DNA of 64,000 nt. It comes from Auanema rhodensis. Taxonomy: Eukaryota; Animalia; Nematoda. The DNA lies in contig OZ059897.1 of NCBI GenBank assembly GCA_964057225.1, positions 22,134,001 through 22,198,000 on the forward strand, written 5' to 3'. This document shows, piece by piece, positions 1-12,496 of the stretch (the stretch's first letter is position 1; every line of letters begins with the position of its first letter). Position numbers and translations under genes: made by a program. Under the pieces are notes generated by a model, which had not been told where the DNA came from, made no database searches, and was given only the letters and a program-made list of their open reading frames with translations.

Positions 1-704
1 GACTTTGAAATTTACGTGAACTTTAATTTATGCTAATTAAATGTACACGTGATGTGCACTTGGTATGTAACTCGCTTCACGTGAAAGATAAAGAGATGCG
101 GTTTTCAAAATTAGATTCCCCATGTCCATATTAGTCTAAAAACAAATTTTTATTGATATTGGTTCATGGTAACCATGACTTTGAAATTTACGTGAACTTT
201 AATTTATGCTAATTAAATGTACACGTGATGTGCACTTGGTATGTAACTCGCTTCACGTGAAAGATAAAGAGATGCGGTTTTCAAAATTAGATTCCCCATG
301 TCCATATTAGTCTAAAAACAAATTTTTATTGATATTGGTGCATGGTAACCATGACTTTGAAATTTACGTGAACTTTAATTTATGCTAATTAAATGTACAC
401 GTGATGTGCACTTGGTATGTAACTCGCTTCACGTGAAAGATGAAGAGATGCGGTTTTCAAAATTAGATTCCCCATGTCCATATTAGTCTAAAAACAAATT
501 TTTATTGATATTGGTTCATGGTAACCATGACTTTGAAATTTACGTGAACTTTAATTTATGCTAATTAAATGTACACGTGATGTGCACTTGGTATGTAACT
601 CGCTTCACGTGAAAGATAAAGAGATGCGGTTTTCAAAATTAGATTCCCCATGTCCATATTAGTCTAAAAACAAATTTTTATTGATATTGGTTCATGGTAA
701 CCAT

Positions 705-3700
705 GACTTTGAAATTTACGTGAACTTTAATTTATGCTAATTAAATGTACACGTGATGTGCACTTGGTATGTAACTCGCTTCACGTGAAAGATAAAGAGA
801 TGTGGTTTTCAAAATTAGATTCCCCATGTCCATATTAGTCTAAAAACAAATTTTTATTGATATTGGTGCATGGTAACCATGACTTTGAAATTTACGTGAA
901 CTTTAATTTATGCTAATTAAATGTACACGTGATGTGCACTTGGTATGTAACTCGCTTCACGTGAAAGATAAAGAGATGCGGTTTTCAAAATTAGATTCCC
1001 CATGTCCATATTAGTCTAAAAACAAATTTTTATTGATATTGCTTCATGGTAACCATGACTTTGAAATTTACGTGAACTTTAATTTATGCTAATTAATTGT
1101 ACACGTGATGTGCACTTGGTATGTAACTCGCTTCACGTGAAAGATAAAGAGATGCGGTTTTCAAAATTAGATTCCCCATGTCCATATTAGTCTAAAAACA
1201 AATTTTTATTGATATTGGTTCATGGTAACCATGACTTTGAAATTTACGTGAACTTTAATTTATGCTAATTAAATGTACACGTGATGTGCACTTGGTATGT
1301 AACTCGCTTCACGTGAAAGATAAAGAGATGCGGTTTTCAAAATTAGATTCCCCATGTCCATATTAGTCTAAAAACAAATTTTTATTGATATTAGTTCATG
1401 GTAACCATGACTTTGAAATTTACGTGAACTTTAATTTATGCTAATTAAATGTACACGTGATGTGCACTTGGTATGTAACTCGCTTCACGTGAAAGATAAA
1501 GAGATGCGGTTTTCAAAATTAGATTCCCCATGTCCATATTAGTCTAAAAACAAATTTTTATTGATATTGGTTCATGGTAACCATGACTTTGAAATTTACG
1601 TGAACTTTAATTTATGCTAATTAAATGTACACGTGATGTGCACTTGGTATGTAACTCGCTTCACGTGAAAGATAAAGAGATGCGGTTTTCAAAATTAGAT
1701 TCCCCATGTCCATATTAGTCTAAAAACAAATTTTTATTGATATTAGTTCATGGTAACCATGACTTTGAAATTTACGTGAACTTTAATTTATGCTAATTAA
1801 ATGTACACGTGATGTGCACTTGGTATGTAACTCGCTTCACGTGAAAGATAAAGAGATGCGGTTTTCAAAATTAGATTCCCCATGTCCATATTAGTCTAAA
1901 AACAAATTTTTATTGATATTGGTTCATGGTAACCATGACTTTGAAATTTACGTGAACTTTAATTTATGCTAATTAAATGTACACGTGATGTGCACTTGGT
2001 ATGTAACTCGCTTCACGTGAAAGATAAAGAGATGTGGTTTTCAAAATTAGATTCCCCATGTCCATATTAGTCTAAAAACAAATTTTTATTGATATTGCTT
2101 CATGGTAACCATGACTTTGAAATTTACGTGAACTTTAATTTATGCTAATTAATTGTACACGTGATGTGCACTTGGTATGTAACTCGCTTCACGTGAAAGA
2201 TAAAGAGATGCGGTTTTCAAAATTAGATTCCCCATGTCCATATTAGTCTAAAAACAAATTTTTATTGATATTGGTGCATGGTAACCATGACTTTGAAATT
2301 TACGTGAACTTTAATTTATGCTAATTAAATGTACACGTGATGTGCACTTGGTATGTAACTCGCTTCACGTGAAAGAAAAAGAGATGCGGTTTTCAAAATT
2401 AGATTCCCCATGTCCATATTAGTCTAAAAACAAATTTTTATTGATATTGGTGCATGGTAACCATGACTTTGAAATTTACGTGAACTTTAATTTATGCTAA
2501 TTAAATGTACACGTGATGTGCACTTGGTATGTAACTCGCTTCACGTGAAAGATGAAGAGATGCGGTTTTCAAAATTAGATTCCCCATGTCCATATTAGTC
2601 TAAAAACAAATTTTTATTGATATTGGTTCATGGTAACCATGACTTTGAAATTTACGTGAACTTTAATTTATGCTAATTAAATGTACACGTGATGTGCACT
2701 TGGTATGTAACTCGCTTCACGTGAAAGATAAAGAGATGCGGTTTTCAAAATTAGATTCCCCATGTCCATATTAGTCTAAAAACAAATTTTTATTGAAATT
2801 GGTGCATGGTAACCATGACTTTGAAATTTACGTGAACTTTAATTTATGCTAATTAAATGTACACGTGATGTGCACTTGGTATGTAACTCGCTTCACGTGA
2901 AAGATAAAGAGATGCGGTTTTCAAAATTAGATTCCCCATGTCCATATTAGTCTAAAAACAAATTTTTATTGATATTGGTGCATGGTAACCATGACTTTGA
3001 AATTTACGTGAACTTTAATTTATGCTAATTAAATGTACACGTGATGTGCACTTGGTATGTAACTCGCTTCACGTGAAAGATAAAGAGATGCGGTTTTCAA
3101 AATTAGATTCCCCATGTCCATATTAGTCTAAAAACAAATTTTTATTGATATTGGTTCATGGTAACCATGACTTTGAAATTTACGTGAACTTTAATTTATG
3201 CTAATTAAATGTACACGTGATGTGCACTTGGTATGTAACTCGCTTCACGTGAAAGATAAAGAGATGCGGTTTTCAAAATTAGATTCCCCATGTCCATATT
3301 AGTCTAAAAACAAATTTTTATTGATATTGGTTCATGGTAACCATGACTTTGAAATTTACGTGAACTTTAATTTATGCTAATTAAATGTACACGTGATGTG
3401 CACTTGGTATGTAACTCGCTTCACGTGAAAGATAATGAGATGCGGTTTTCAAAATTAGATTCCCCATGTCCATATTAGTCTAATAACAAATTTTTATTGA
3501 TATTGGTTCATGGTAACCATGACTTTGAAATTTACGTGAACTTTAATTTATGCTAATTAAATGTACACGTGATGTGCACTTGGTATGTAACTCGCTTCAC
3601 GTGAAAGATAAAGAGATACGGTTTTCAAAATTAGATTCCCCATGTCCATATTAGTCTAAAAACAAATTTTTATTGATATTAGTTCATGGTAACCATGACT

Positions 3701-6700
3701 TTGAAATTTACGTGAACTTTAATTTATGCTAATTAAATGTACACGTGATGTGCACTTGGTATGTAACTCGCTTCACGTGAAAGATAAAGAGATGCGGTTT
3801 TCAAAATTAGATTCCCCATGTCCATATTAGTCTAAAAACAAATTTTTATTGATATTGGTTCATGGTAACCATGACTTTGAAATTTACGTGAACTTTAATT
3901 TATGCTAATTAAATGTACACGTGATGTGCACTTGGTATGTAACTCGCTTCACGTGAAAGATAAAGAGATGCGGTTTTCAAAATTAGATTCCCCATGTCCA
4001 TATTAGTCTAAAAACAAATTTTTATTGATATTAGTTCATGGTAACCATGACTTTGAAATTTACGTGAACTTTAATTTATGCTAATTAATTGTACACGTGA
4101 TGTGCACTTGGTATGTAACTCGCTTCACGTGAAAGATAAAGAGATGCGGTTTTCAAAATTAGATTCCCCATGTCCATATTAGTCTAAAAACAAATTTTTA
4201 TTGATATTGGTTCATGGTAACCATGACTTTGAAATTTACGTGAACTTTAATTTATGCTAATTAAATGTACACGTGATGTGCACTTGGTATGTAACTCGCT
4301 TCACGTGAAAGATAAAGAGATGCGGTTTTCAAAATTAGATTCCCCATGTCCATATTAGTCTAAAAACAAATTTTTATTGATATTAGTTCATGGTAACCAT
4401 GACTTTGAAATTTACGTGAACTTTAATTTATGCTAATTAAATGTACACGTGATGTGCACTTGGTATGTAACTCGCTTCACGTGAAAGATAAAGAGATGCG
4501 GTTTTCAAAATTAGATTCCCCATGTCCATATTAGTCTAAAAACAAATTTTTATTGATATTGGTTCATGGTAACCATGACTTTGAAATTTACGTGAACTTT
4601 AATTTATGCTAATTAAATGTACACGTGATGTGCACTTGGTATGTAACTGGCTTCACGTGAAAGATAAAAAGATGTGGTTTTCAAAATTAGATTCCCCATG
4701 TCCATATTAGTCTAAAAACAAATTTTTATTGATATTGCTTCATGGTAACCATGACTTTGAAATTTACGTGAACTTTAATTTATGCTAATTAATTGTACAC
4801 GTGATGTGCACTTGGTATGTAACTCGCTTCACGTGAAAGATAAAGAGATGCGGTTTTCAAAATTAGATTCCCCATGTCCATATTAGTCTAAAAACAAATT
4901 TTTATTGATATTGGTGCATGGTAACCATGACTTTGAAATTTACGTGAACTTTAATTTATGCTAATTAAATGTACACGTGATGTGCACTTGGTATGTAACT
5001 CGCTTCACGTGAAAGAAAAAGAGATGCGGTTTTCAAAATTAGATTCCCCATGTCCATATTAGTCTAAAAACAAATTTTTATTGATATTGGTGCATGGTAA
5101 CCATGACTTTGAAATTTACGTGAACTTTAATTTATGCTAATTAAATGTACACGTGATGTGCACTTGGTATGTAACTCGCTTCACGTGAAAGATAAAGAGA
5201 TGTGGTTTTCAAAATTAGATTCCCCATGTCCATATTAGTCTAAAAACAAATTTTTATTGATATTGGTGCATGGTAACCATGACTTTGAAATTTACGTGAA
5301 CTTTAATTTATGCTAATTAAATGTACACGTGATGTGCACTTGGTATGTAACTCGCTTCACGTGAAAGATAAAGAGATGCGGTTTTCAAAATTAGATTCCC
5401 CATGTCCATATTAGTCTAAAAACAAATTTTTATTGATATTGCTTCATGGTAACCATGACTTTGAAATTTACGTGAACTTTAATTTATGCTAATTAATTGT
5501 ACACGTGATGTGCACTTGGTATGTAACTCGCTTCACGTGAAAGATAAAGAGATGCGGTTTTCAAAATTAGATTCCCCATGTCCATATTAGTCTAAAAACA
5601 AATTTTTATTGATATTGGTTCATGGTAACCATGACTTTGAAATTTACGTGAACTTTAATTTATGCTAATTAAATGTACACGTGATGTGCACTTGGTATGT
5701 AACTCGCTTCACGTGAAAGATAAAGAGATGCGGTTTTCAAAATTAGATTCCCCATGTCCATATTAGTCTAAAAACAAATTTTTATTGATATTAGTTCATG
5801 GTAACCATGACTTTGAAATTTACGTGAACTTTAATTTATGCTAATTAAATGTACACGTGATGTGCACTTGGTATGTAACTCGCTTCACGTGAAAGATAAA
5901 GAGATGCGGTTTTCAAAATTAGATTCCCCATGTCCATATTAGTCTAAAAACAAATTTTTATTGATATTGGTTCATGGTAACCATGACTTTGAAATTTACG
6001 TGAACTTTAATTTATGCTAATTAAATGTACACGTGATGTGCACTTGGTATGTAACTCGCTTCACGTGAAAGATAAAGAGATGCGGTTTTCAAAATTAGAT
6101 TCCCCATGTCCATATTAGTCTAAAAACAAATTTTTATTGATATTAGTTCATGGTAACCATGACTTTGAAATTTACGTGAACTTTAATTTATGCTAATTAA
6201 ATGTACACGTGATGTGCACTTGGTATGTAACTCGCTTCACGTGAAAGATAAAGAGATGCGGTTTTCAAAATTAGATTCCCCATGTCCATATTAGTCTAAA
6301 AACAAATTTTTATTGATATTGGTTCATGGTAACCATGACTTTGAAATTTACGTGAACTTTAATTTATGCTAATTAAATGTACACGTGATGTGCACTTGGT
6401 ATGTAACTCGCTTCACGTGAAAGATAAAGAGATGTGGTTTTCAAAATTAGATTCCCCATGTCCATATTAGTCTAAAAACAAATTTTTATTGATATTGCTT
6501 CATGGTAACCATGACTTTGAAATTTACGTGAACTTTAATTTATGCTAATTAATTGTACACGTGATGTGCACTTGGTATGTAACTCGCTTCACGTGAAAGA
6601 TAAAGAGATGCGGTTTTCAAAATTAGATTCCCCATGTCCATATTAGTCTAAAAACAAATTTTTATTGATATTGGTGCATGGTAACCATGACTTTGAAATT

Positions 6701-9504
6701 TACGTGAACTTTAATTTATGCTAATTAAATGTACACGTGATGTGCACTTGGTATGTAACTCGCTTCACGTGAAAGAAAAAGAGATGCGGTTTTCAAAATT
6801 AGATTCCCCATGTCCATATTAGTCTAAAAACAAATTTTTATTGATATTGGTGCATGGTAACCATGACTTTGAAATTTACGTGAACTTTAATTTATGCTAA
6901 TTAAATGTACACGTGATGTGCACTTGGTATGTAACTCGCTTCACGTGAAAGATGAAGAGATGCGGTTTTCAAAATTAGATTCCCCATGTCCATATTAGTC
7001 TAAAAACAAATTTTTATTGATATTGGTTCATGGTAACCATGACTTTGAAATTTACGTGAACTTTAATTTATGCTAATTAAATGTACACGTGATGTGCACT
7101 TGGTATGTAACTCGCTTCACGTGAAAGATAAAGAGATGCGGTTTTCAAAATTAGATTCCCCATGTCCATATTAGTCTAAAAACAAATTTTTATTGAAATT
7201 GGTGCATGGTAACCATGACTTTGAAATTTACGTGAACTTTAATTTATGCTAATTAAATGTACACGTGATGTGCACTTGGTATGTAACTCGCTTCACGTGA
7301 AAGATAAAGAGATGCGGTTTTCAAAATTAGATTCCCCATGTCCATATTAGTCTAAAAACAAATTTTTATTGATATTGGTGCATGGTAACCATGACTTTGA
7401 AATTTACGTGAACTTTAATTTATGCTAATTAAATGTACACGTGATGTGCACTTGGTATGTAACTCGCTTCACGTGAAAGATAAAGAGATGCGGTTTTCAA
7501 AATTAGATTCCCCATGTCCATATTAGTCTAAAAACAAATTTTTATTGATATTGGTTCATGGTAACCATGACTTTGAAATTTACGTGAACTTTAATTTATG
7601 CTAATTAAATGTACACGTGATGTGCACTTGGTATGTAACTCGCTTCACGTGAAAGATAAAGAGATGCGGTTTTCAAAATTAGATTCCCCATGTCCATATT
7701 AGTCTAAAAACAAATTTTTATTGATATTGGTTCATGGTAACCATGACTTTGAAATTTACGTGAACTTTAATTTATGCTAATTAAATGTACACGTGATGTG
7801 CACTTGGTATGTAACTCGCTTCACGTGAAAGATAATGAGATGCGGTTTTCAAAATTAGATTCCCCATGTCCATATTAGTCTAATAACAAATTTTTATTGA
7901 TATTGGTTCATGGTAACCATGACTTTGAAATTTACGTGAACTTTAATTTATGCTAATTAAATGTACACGTGATGTGCACTTGGTATGTAACTCGCTTCAC
8001 GTGAAAGATAAAGAGATACGGTTTTCAAAATTAGATTCCCCATGTCCATATTAGTCTAAAAACAAATTTTTATTGATATTAGTTCATGGTAACCATGACT
8101 TTGAAATTTACGTGAACTTTAATTTATGCTAATTAAATGTACACGTGATGTGCACTTGGTATGTAACTCGCTTCACGTGAAAGATAAAGAGATGCGGTTT
8201 TCAAAATTAGATTCCCCATGTCCATATTAGTCTAAAAACAAATTTTTATTGATATTGGTTCATGGTAACCATGACTTTGAAATTTACGTGAACTTTAATT
8301 TATGCTAATTAAATGTACACGTGATGTGCACTTGGTATGTAACTCGCTTCACGTGAAAGATAAAGAGATGCGGTTTTCAAAATTAGATTCCCCATGTCCA
8401 TATTAGTCTAAAAACAAATTTTTATTGATATTAGTTCATGGTAACCATGACTTTGAAATTTACGTGAACTTTAATTTATGCTAATTAATTGTACACGTGA
8501 TGTGCACTTGGTATGTAACTCGCTTCACGTGAAAGATAAAGAGATGCGGTTTTCAAAATTAGATTCCCCATGTCCATATTAGTCTAAAAACAAATTTTTA
8601 TTGATATTGGTTCATGGTAACCATGACTTTGAAATTTACGTGAACTTTAATTTATGCTAATTAAATGTACACGTGATGTGCACTTGGTATGTAACTCGCT
8701 TCACGTGAAAGATAAAGAGATGCGGTTTTCAAAATTAGATTCCCCATGTCCATATTAGTCTAAAAACAAATTTTTATTGATATTAGTTCATGGTAACCAT
8801 GACTTTGAAATTTACGTGAACTTTAATTTATGCTAATTAAATGTACACGTGATGTGCACTTGGTATGTAACTCGCTTCACGTGAAAGATAAAGAGATGCG
8901 GTTTTCAAAATTAGATTCCCCATGTCCATATTAGTCTAAAAACAAATTTTTATTGATATTGGTTCATGGTAACCATGACTTTGAAATTTACGTGAACTTT
9001 AATTTATGCTAATTAAATGTACACGTGATGTGCACTTGGTATGTAACTGGCTTCACGTGAAAGATAAAAAGATGTGGTTTTCAAAATTAGATTCCCCATG
9101 TCCATATTAGTCTAAAAACAAATTTTTATTGATATTGCTTCATGGTAACCATGACTTTGAAATTTACGTGAACTTTAATTTATGCTAATTAATTGTACAC
9201 GTGATGTGCACTTGGTATGTAACTCGCTTCACGTGAAAGATAAAGAGATGCGGTTTTCAAAATTAGATTCCCCATGTCCATATTAGTCTAAAAACAAATT
9301 TTTATTGATATTGGTGCATGGTAACCATGACTTTGAAATTTACGTGAACTTTAATTTATGCTAATTAAATGTACACGTGATGTGCACTTGGTATGTAACT
9401 CGCTTCACGTGAAAGAAAAAGAGATGCGGTTTTCAAAATTAGATTCCCCATGTCCATATTAGTCTAAAAACAAATTTTTATTGATATTGGTGCATGGTAA
9501 CCAT
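705..9504. repeat. 25-monomer (4400-bp) tandem duplication within the satellite: 705-5104 = 5105-9504
   Basis: Private variants recur exactly 4400 bp apart: GATAATGAGA (3436/7836), GATACG, AACTGG+GATAAAAA+TGTGG (monomers at 4577/8977) and TGAAATT. The order of monomer-end alleles is also the same. Confidence 0.9.
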
Positions 9505-12496
9505 GACTTTGAAATTTACGTGAACTTTAATTTATGCTAATTAAATGTACACGTGATGTGCACTTGGTATGTAACTCGCTTCACGTGAAAGATAAAGAGA
9601 TGTGGTTTTCAAAATTAGATTCCCCATGTCCATATTAGTCTAAAAACAAATTTTTATTGATATTGGTTCATGGTAACCATGACTTTGAAATTTACGTGAA
9701 CTTTAATTTATGCTAATTAAATGTACACGTGATGTGCACTTGGTATGTAACTCGCTTCACGTGAAAGATAAAGAGATGCGGTTTTCAAAATTAGATTCCC
9801 CATGTCCATATTAGTCTAAAAACAAATTTTTATTGATATTGGTGCATGGTAACCATGACTTTGAAATTTACGTGAACTTTAATTTATGCTAATTAAATGT
9901 ACACGTGATGTGCACTTGGTATGTAACTCGCTTCACGTGAAAGATAAAGAGATGCGGTTTTCAAAATTAGATTCCCCATGTCCATATTAGTCTAAAAACA
10001 AATTTTTATTGATATTGGTGCATGGTAACCATGACTTTGAAATTTACGTGAACTTTAATTTATGCTAATTAAATGTACACGTGATGTGCACTTGGTATGT
10101 AACTCGCTTCACGTGAGAGATAAAGAGATGCGGTTTTCAAAATTAGATTCCCCATGTCCATATTAGTCTAAAAACAAATTTTTATTGATATTGGTTCATG
10201 GTAACCATGACTTTGAAATTTACGTGAACTTTAATTTATGCTAATTAAATGTACACGTGATGTGCACTTGGTATGTAACTCGCTTCACGTGAAAGATAAA
10301 GAGATGCGGTTTTCAAAATTAGATTCCCCATGTCCATATTAGTCTAAAAACAAATTTTTATTGATATTGGTTCATGGTAACCATGACTTTGAAATTTACG
10401 TGAACTTTAATTTATGCTAATTAAATGTACACGTGATGTGCACTTGGTATGTAATTCGCTTCACGTGAAAGATAAAGAGATGCGGTTTTCAAAATTAGAT
10501 TCCCCATGTCCATATTAGTCTAAAAACAAATTTTTATTGATATTGGTTCATGGTAACCATGACTTTGAAATTTACGTGAACTTTAATTTATGCTAATTAA
10601 ATGTACACGTGATGTGCACTTGGTATGTAACTCGCTTCACGTGAAAGATAAAGAGATGCGGTTTTCAAAATTAGATTCCCCATGTCCATATTAGTCTAAA
10701 AACAAATTTTTATTGATATTAGTTCATGGTAACCATGACTTTGAAATTTACGTGAACTTTAATTTATGCTAATTAAATGTACACGTGATGTGCACTTGGT
10801 ATGTAGCTCGCTTCACGTGAAAGATAAAGAGATGCGGTTTTCAAAATTAGATTCCCCATGTCCATATTAGTCTAAAAACAAATTTTTATTGATATTGGTT
10901 CATGGTAACCATGACTTTGAAATATACGTGAACTTTAATTTATGCTAATTAAATGTACACGTGATGTGCACTTGGTATGTAACTCGCTTCACGTGAAAGA
11001 TAAAGAGATGCGGTTTTCAAAATTAGATTCCCCATGTCCATATTAGTCTAAAAACAAATTTTTATTGATATTAGTTCATGGTAACCATGACTTTGAAATT
11101 TACGTGAACTTTAATTTATGCTAATTAAATGTACACGTGATGTGCACTTGGTATGTAACTCGCTTCACGTGAAAGATAAAGAGATGCGGTTTTCAAAATT
11201 AGATTCCCCATGTCCATATTAGTCTAAAAACAAATTTTTATTGATATTGGTTCATGGTAACCATGACTTTGAAATTTACGTGAACTTTAATTTATGCTAA
11301 TTAAATGTACACGTGATGTGCACTTGGTATGTAACTCGCTTCACGTGAAAGATAAAGAGATGTGGTTTTCAAAATTAGATTCCCCATGTCCATATTAGTC
11401 TAAAAACAAATTTTTATTGATATTGCTTCATGGTAACCATGACTTTGAAATTTACGTGAACTTTAATTTATGCTAATTAATTGTACACGTGATGTGCACT
11501 TGGTATGTAACTCGCTTCACGTGAAAGATAAAGAGATGCGGTTTTCAAAATTAGATTCCCCATGTCCATATTAGTCTAAAAACAAATTTTTATTGATATT
11601 GGTGCATGGTAACCATGACTTTGAAATTTACGTGAACTTTAATTTATGCTAATTAAATGTACACGTGATGTGCACTTGGTATGTAACTCGCTTCACGTGA
11701 AAGAAAAAGAGATGCGGTTTTCAAAATTAGATTCCCCATGTCCATATTAGTCTAAAAACAAATTTTTATTGATATTGGTGCATGGTAACCATGACTTTGA
11801 AATTTACGTGAACTTTAATTTATGCTAATTAAATGTACACGTGATGTGCACTTGGTATGTAACTCGCTTCACGTGAAAGATAAAGAGATGTGGTTTTCAA
11901 AATTAGATTCCCCATGTCCATATTAGTCTAAAAACAAATTTTTATTGATATTGGTTCATGGTAACCATGACTTTGAAATTTACGTGAACTTTAATTTATG
12001 CTAATTAAATGTACACGTGATGTGCACTTGGTATGTAACTCGCTTCACGTGAAAGATAAAGAGATGCGGTTTTCAAAATTAGATTCCCCATGTCCATATT
12101 AGTCTAAAAACAAATTTTTATTGATATTGGTGCATGGTAACCATGACTTTGAAATTTACGTGAACTTTAATTTATGCTAATTAAATGTACACGTGATGTG
12201 CACTTGGTATGTAACTCGCTTCACGTGAAAGATAAAGAGATGCGGTTTTCAAAATTAGATTCCCCATGTCCATATTAGTCTAAAAACCAATTTTTATTGA
12301 TATTAGTTCATGGTAACCATGACTTTGAAATTTACGTGAACTTTAATTTATGCTAATTAAATGTACACGTGATGTGCACTTGGTATGTAACTCGCTTCAC
12401 GTGAAAGATAAAGAGATGCGGTTTTCAAAATTAGATTCCCCATGTCCATATTAGTCTAAAAACAAATTTTTATTGATATTGGTTCATGGTAACCAT

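Noticed and set aside
1-176. CENP-B box, telomeric repeat, or tRNA/5S-derived unit in the monomer
   Set aside because: No TTCG....A..CGGG, TTAGGG/TTAGGC runs or Pol III box/cloverleaf pattern was found.
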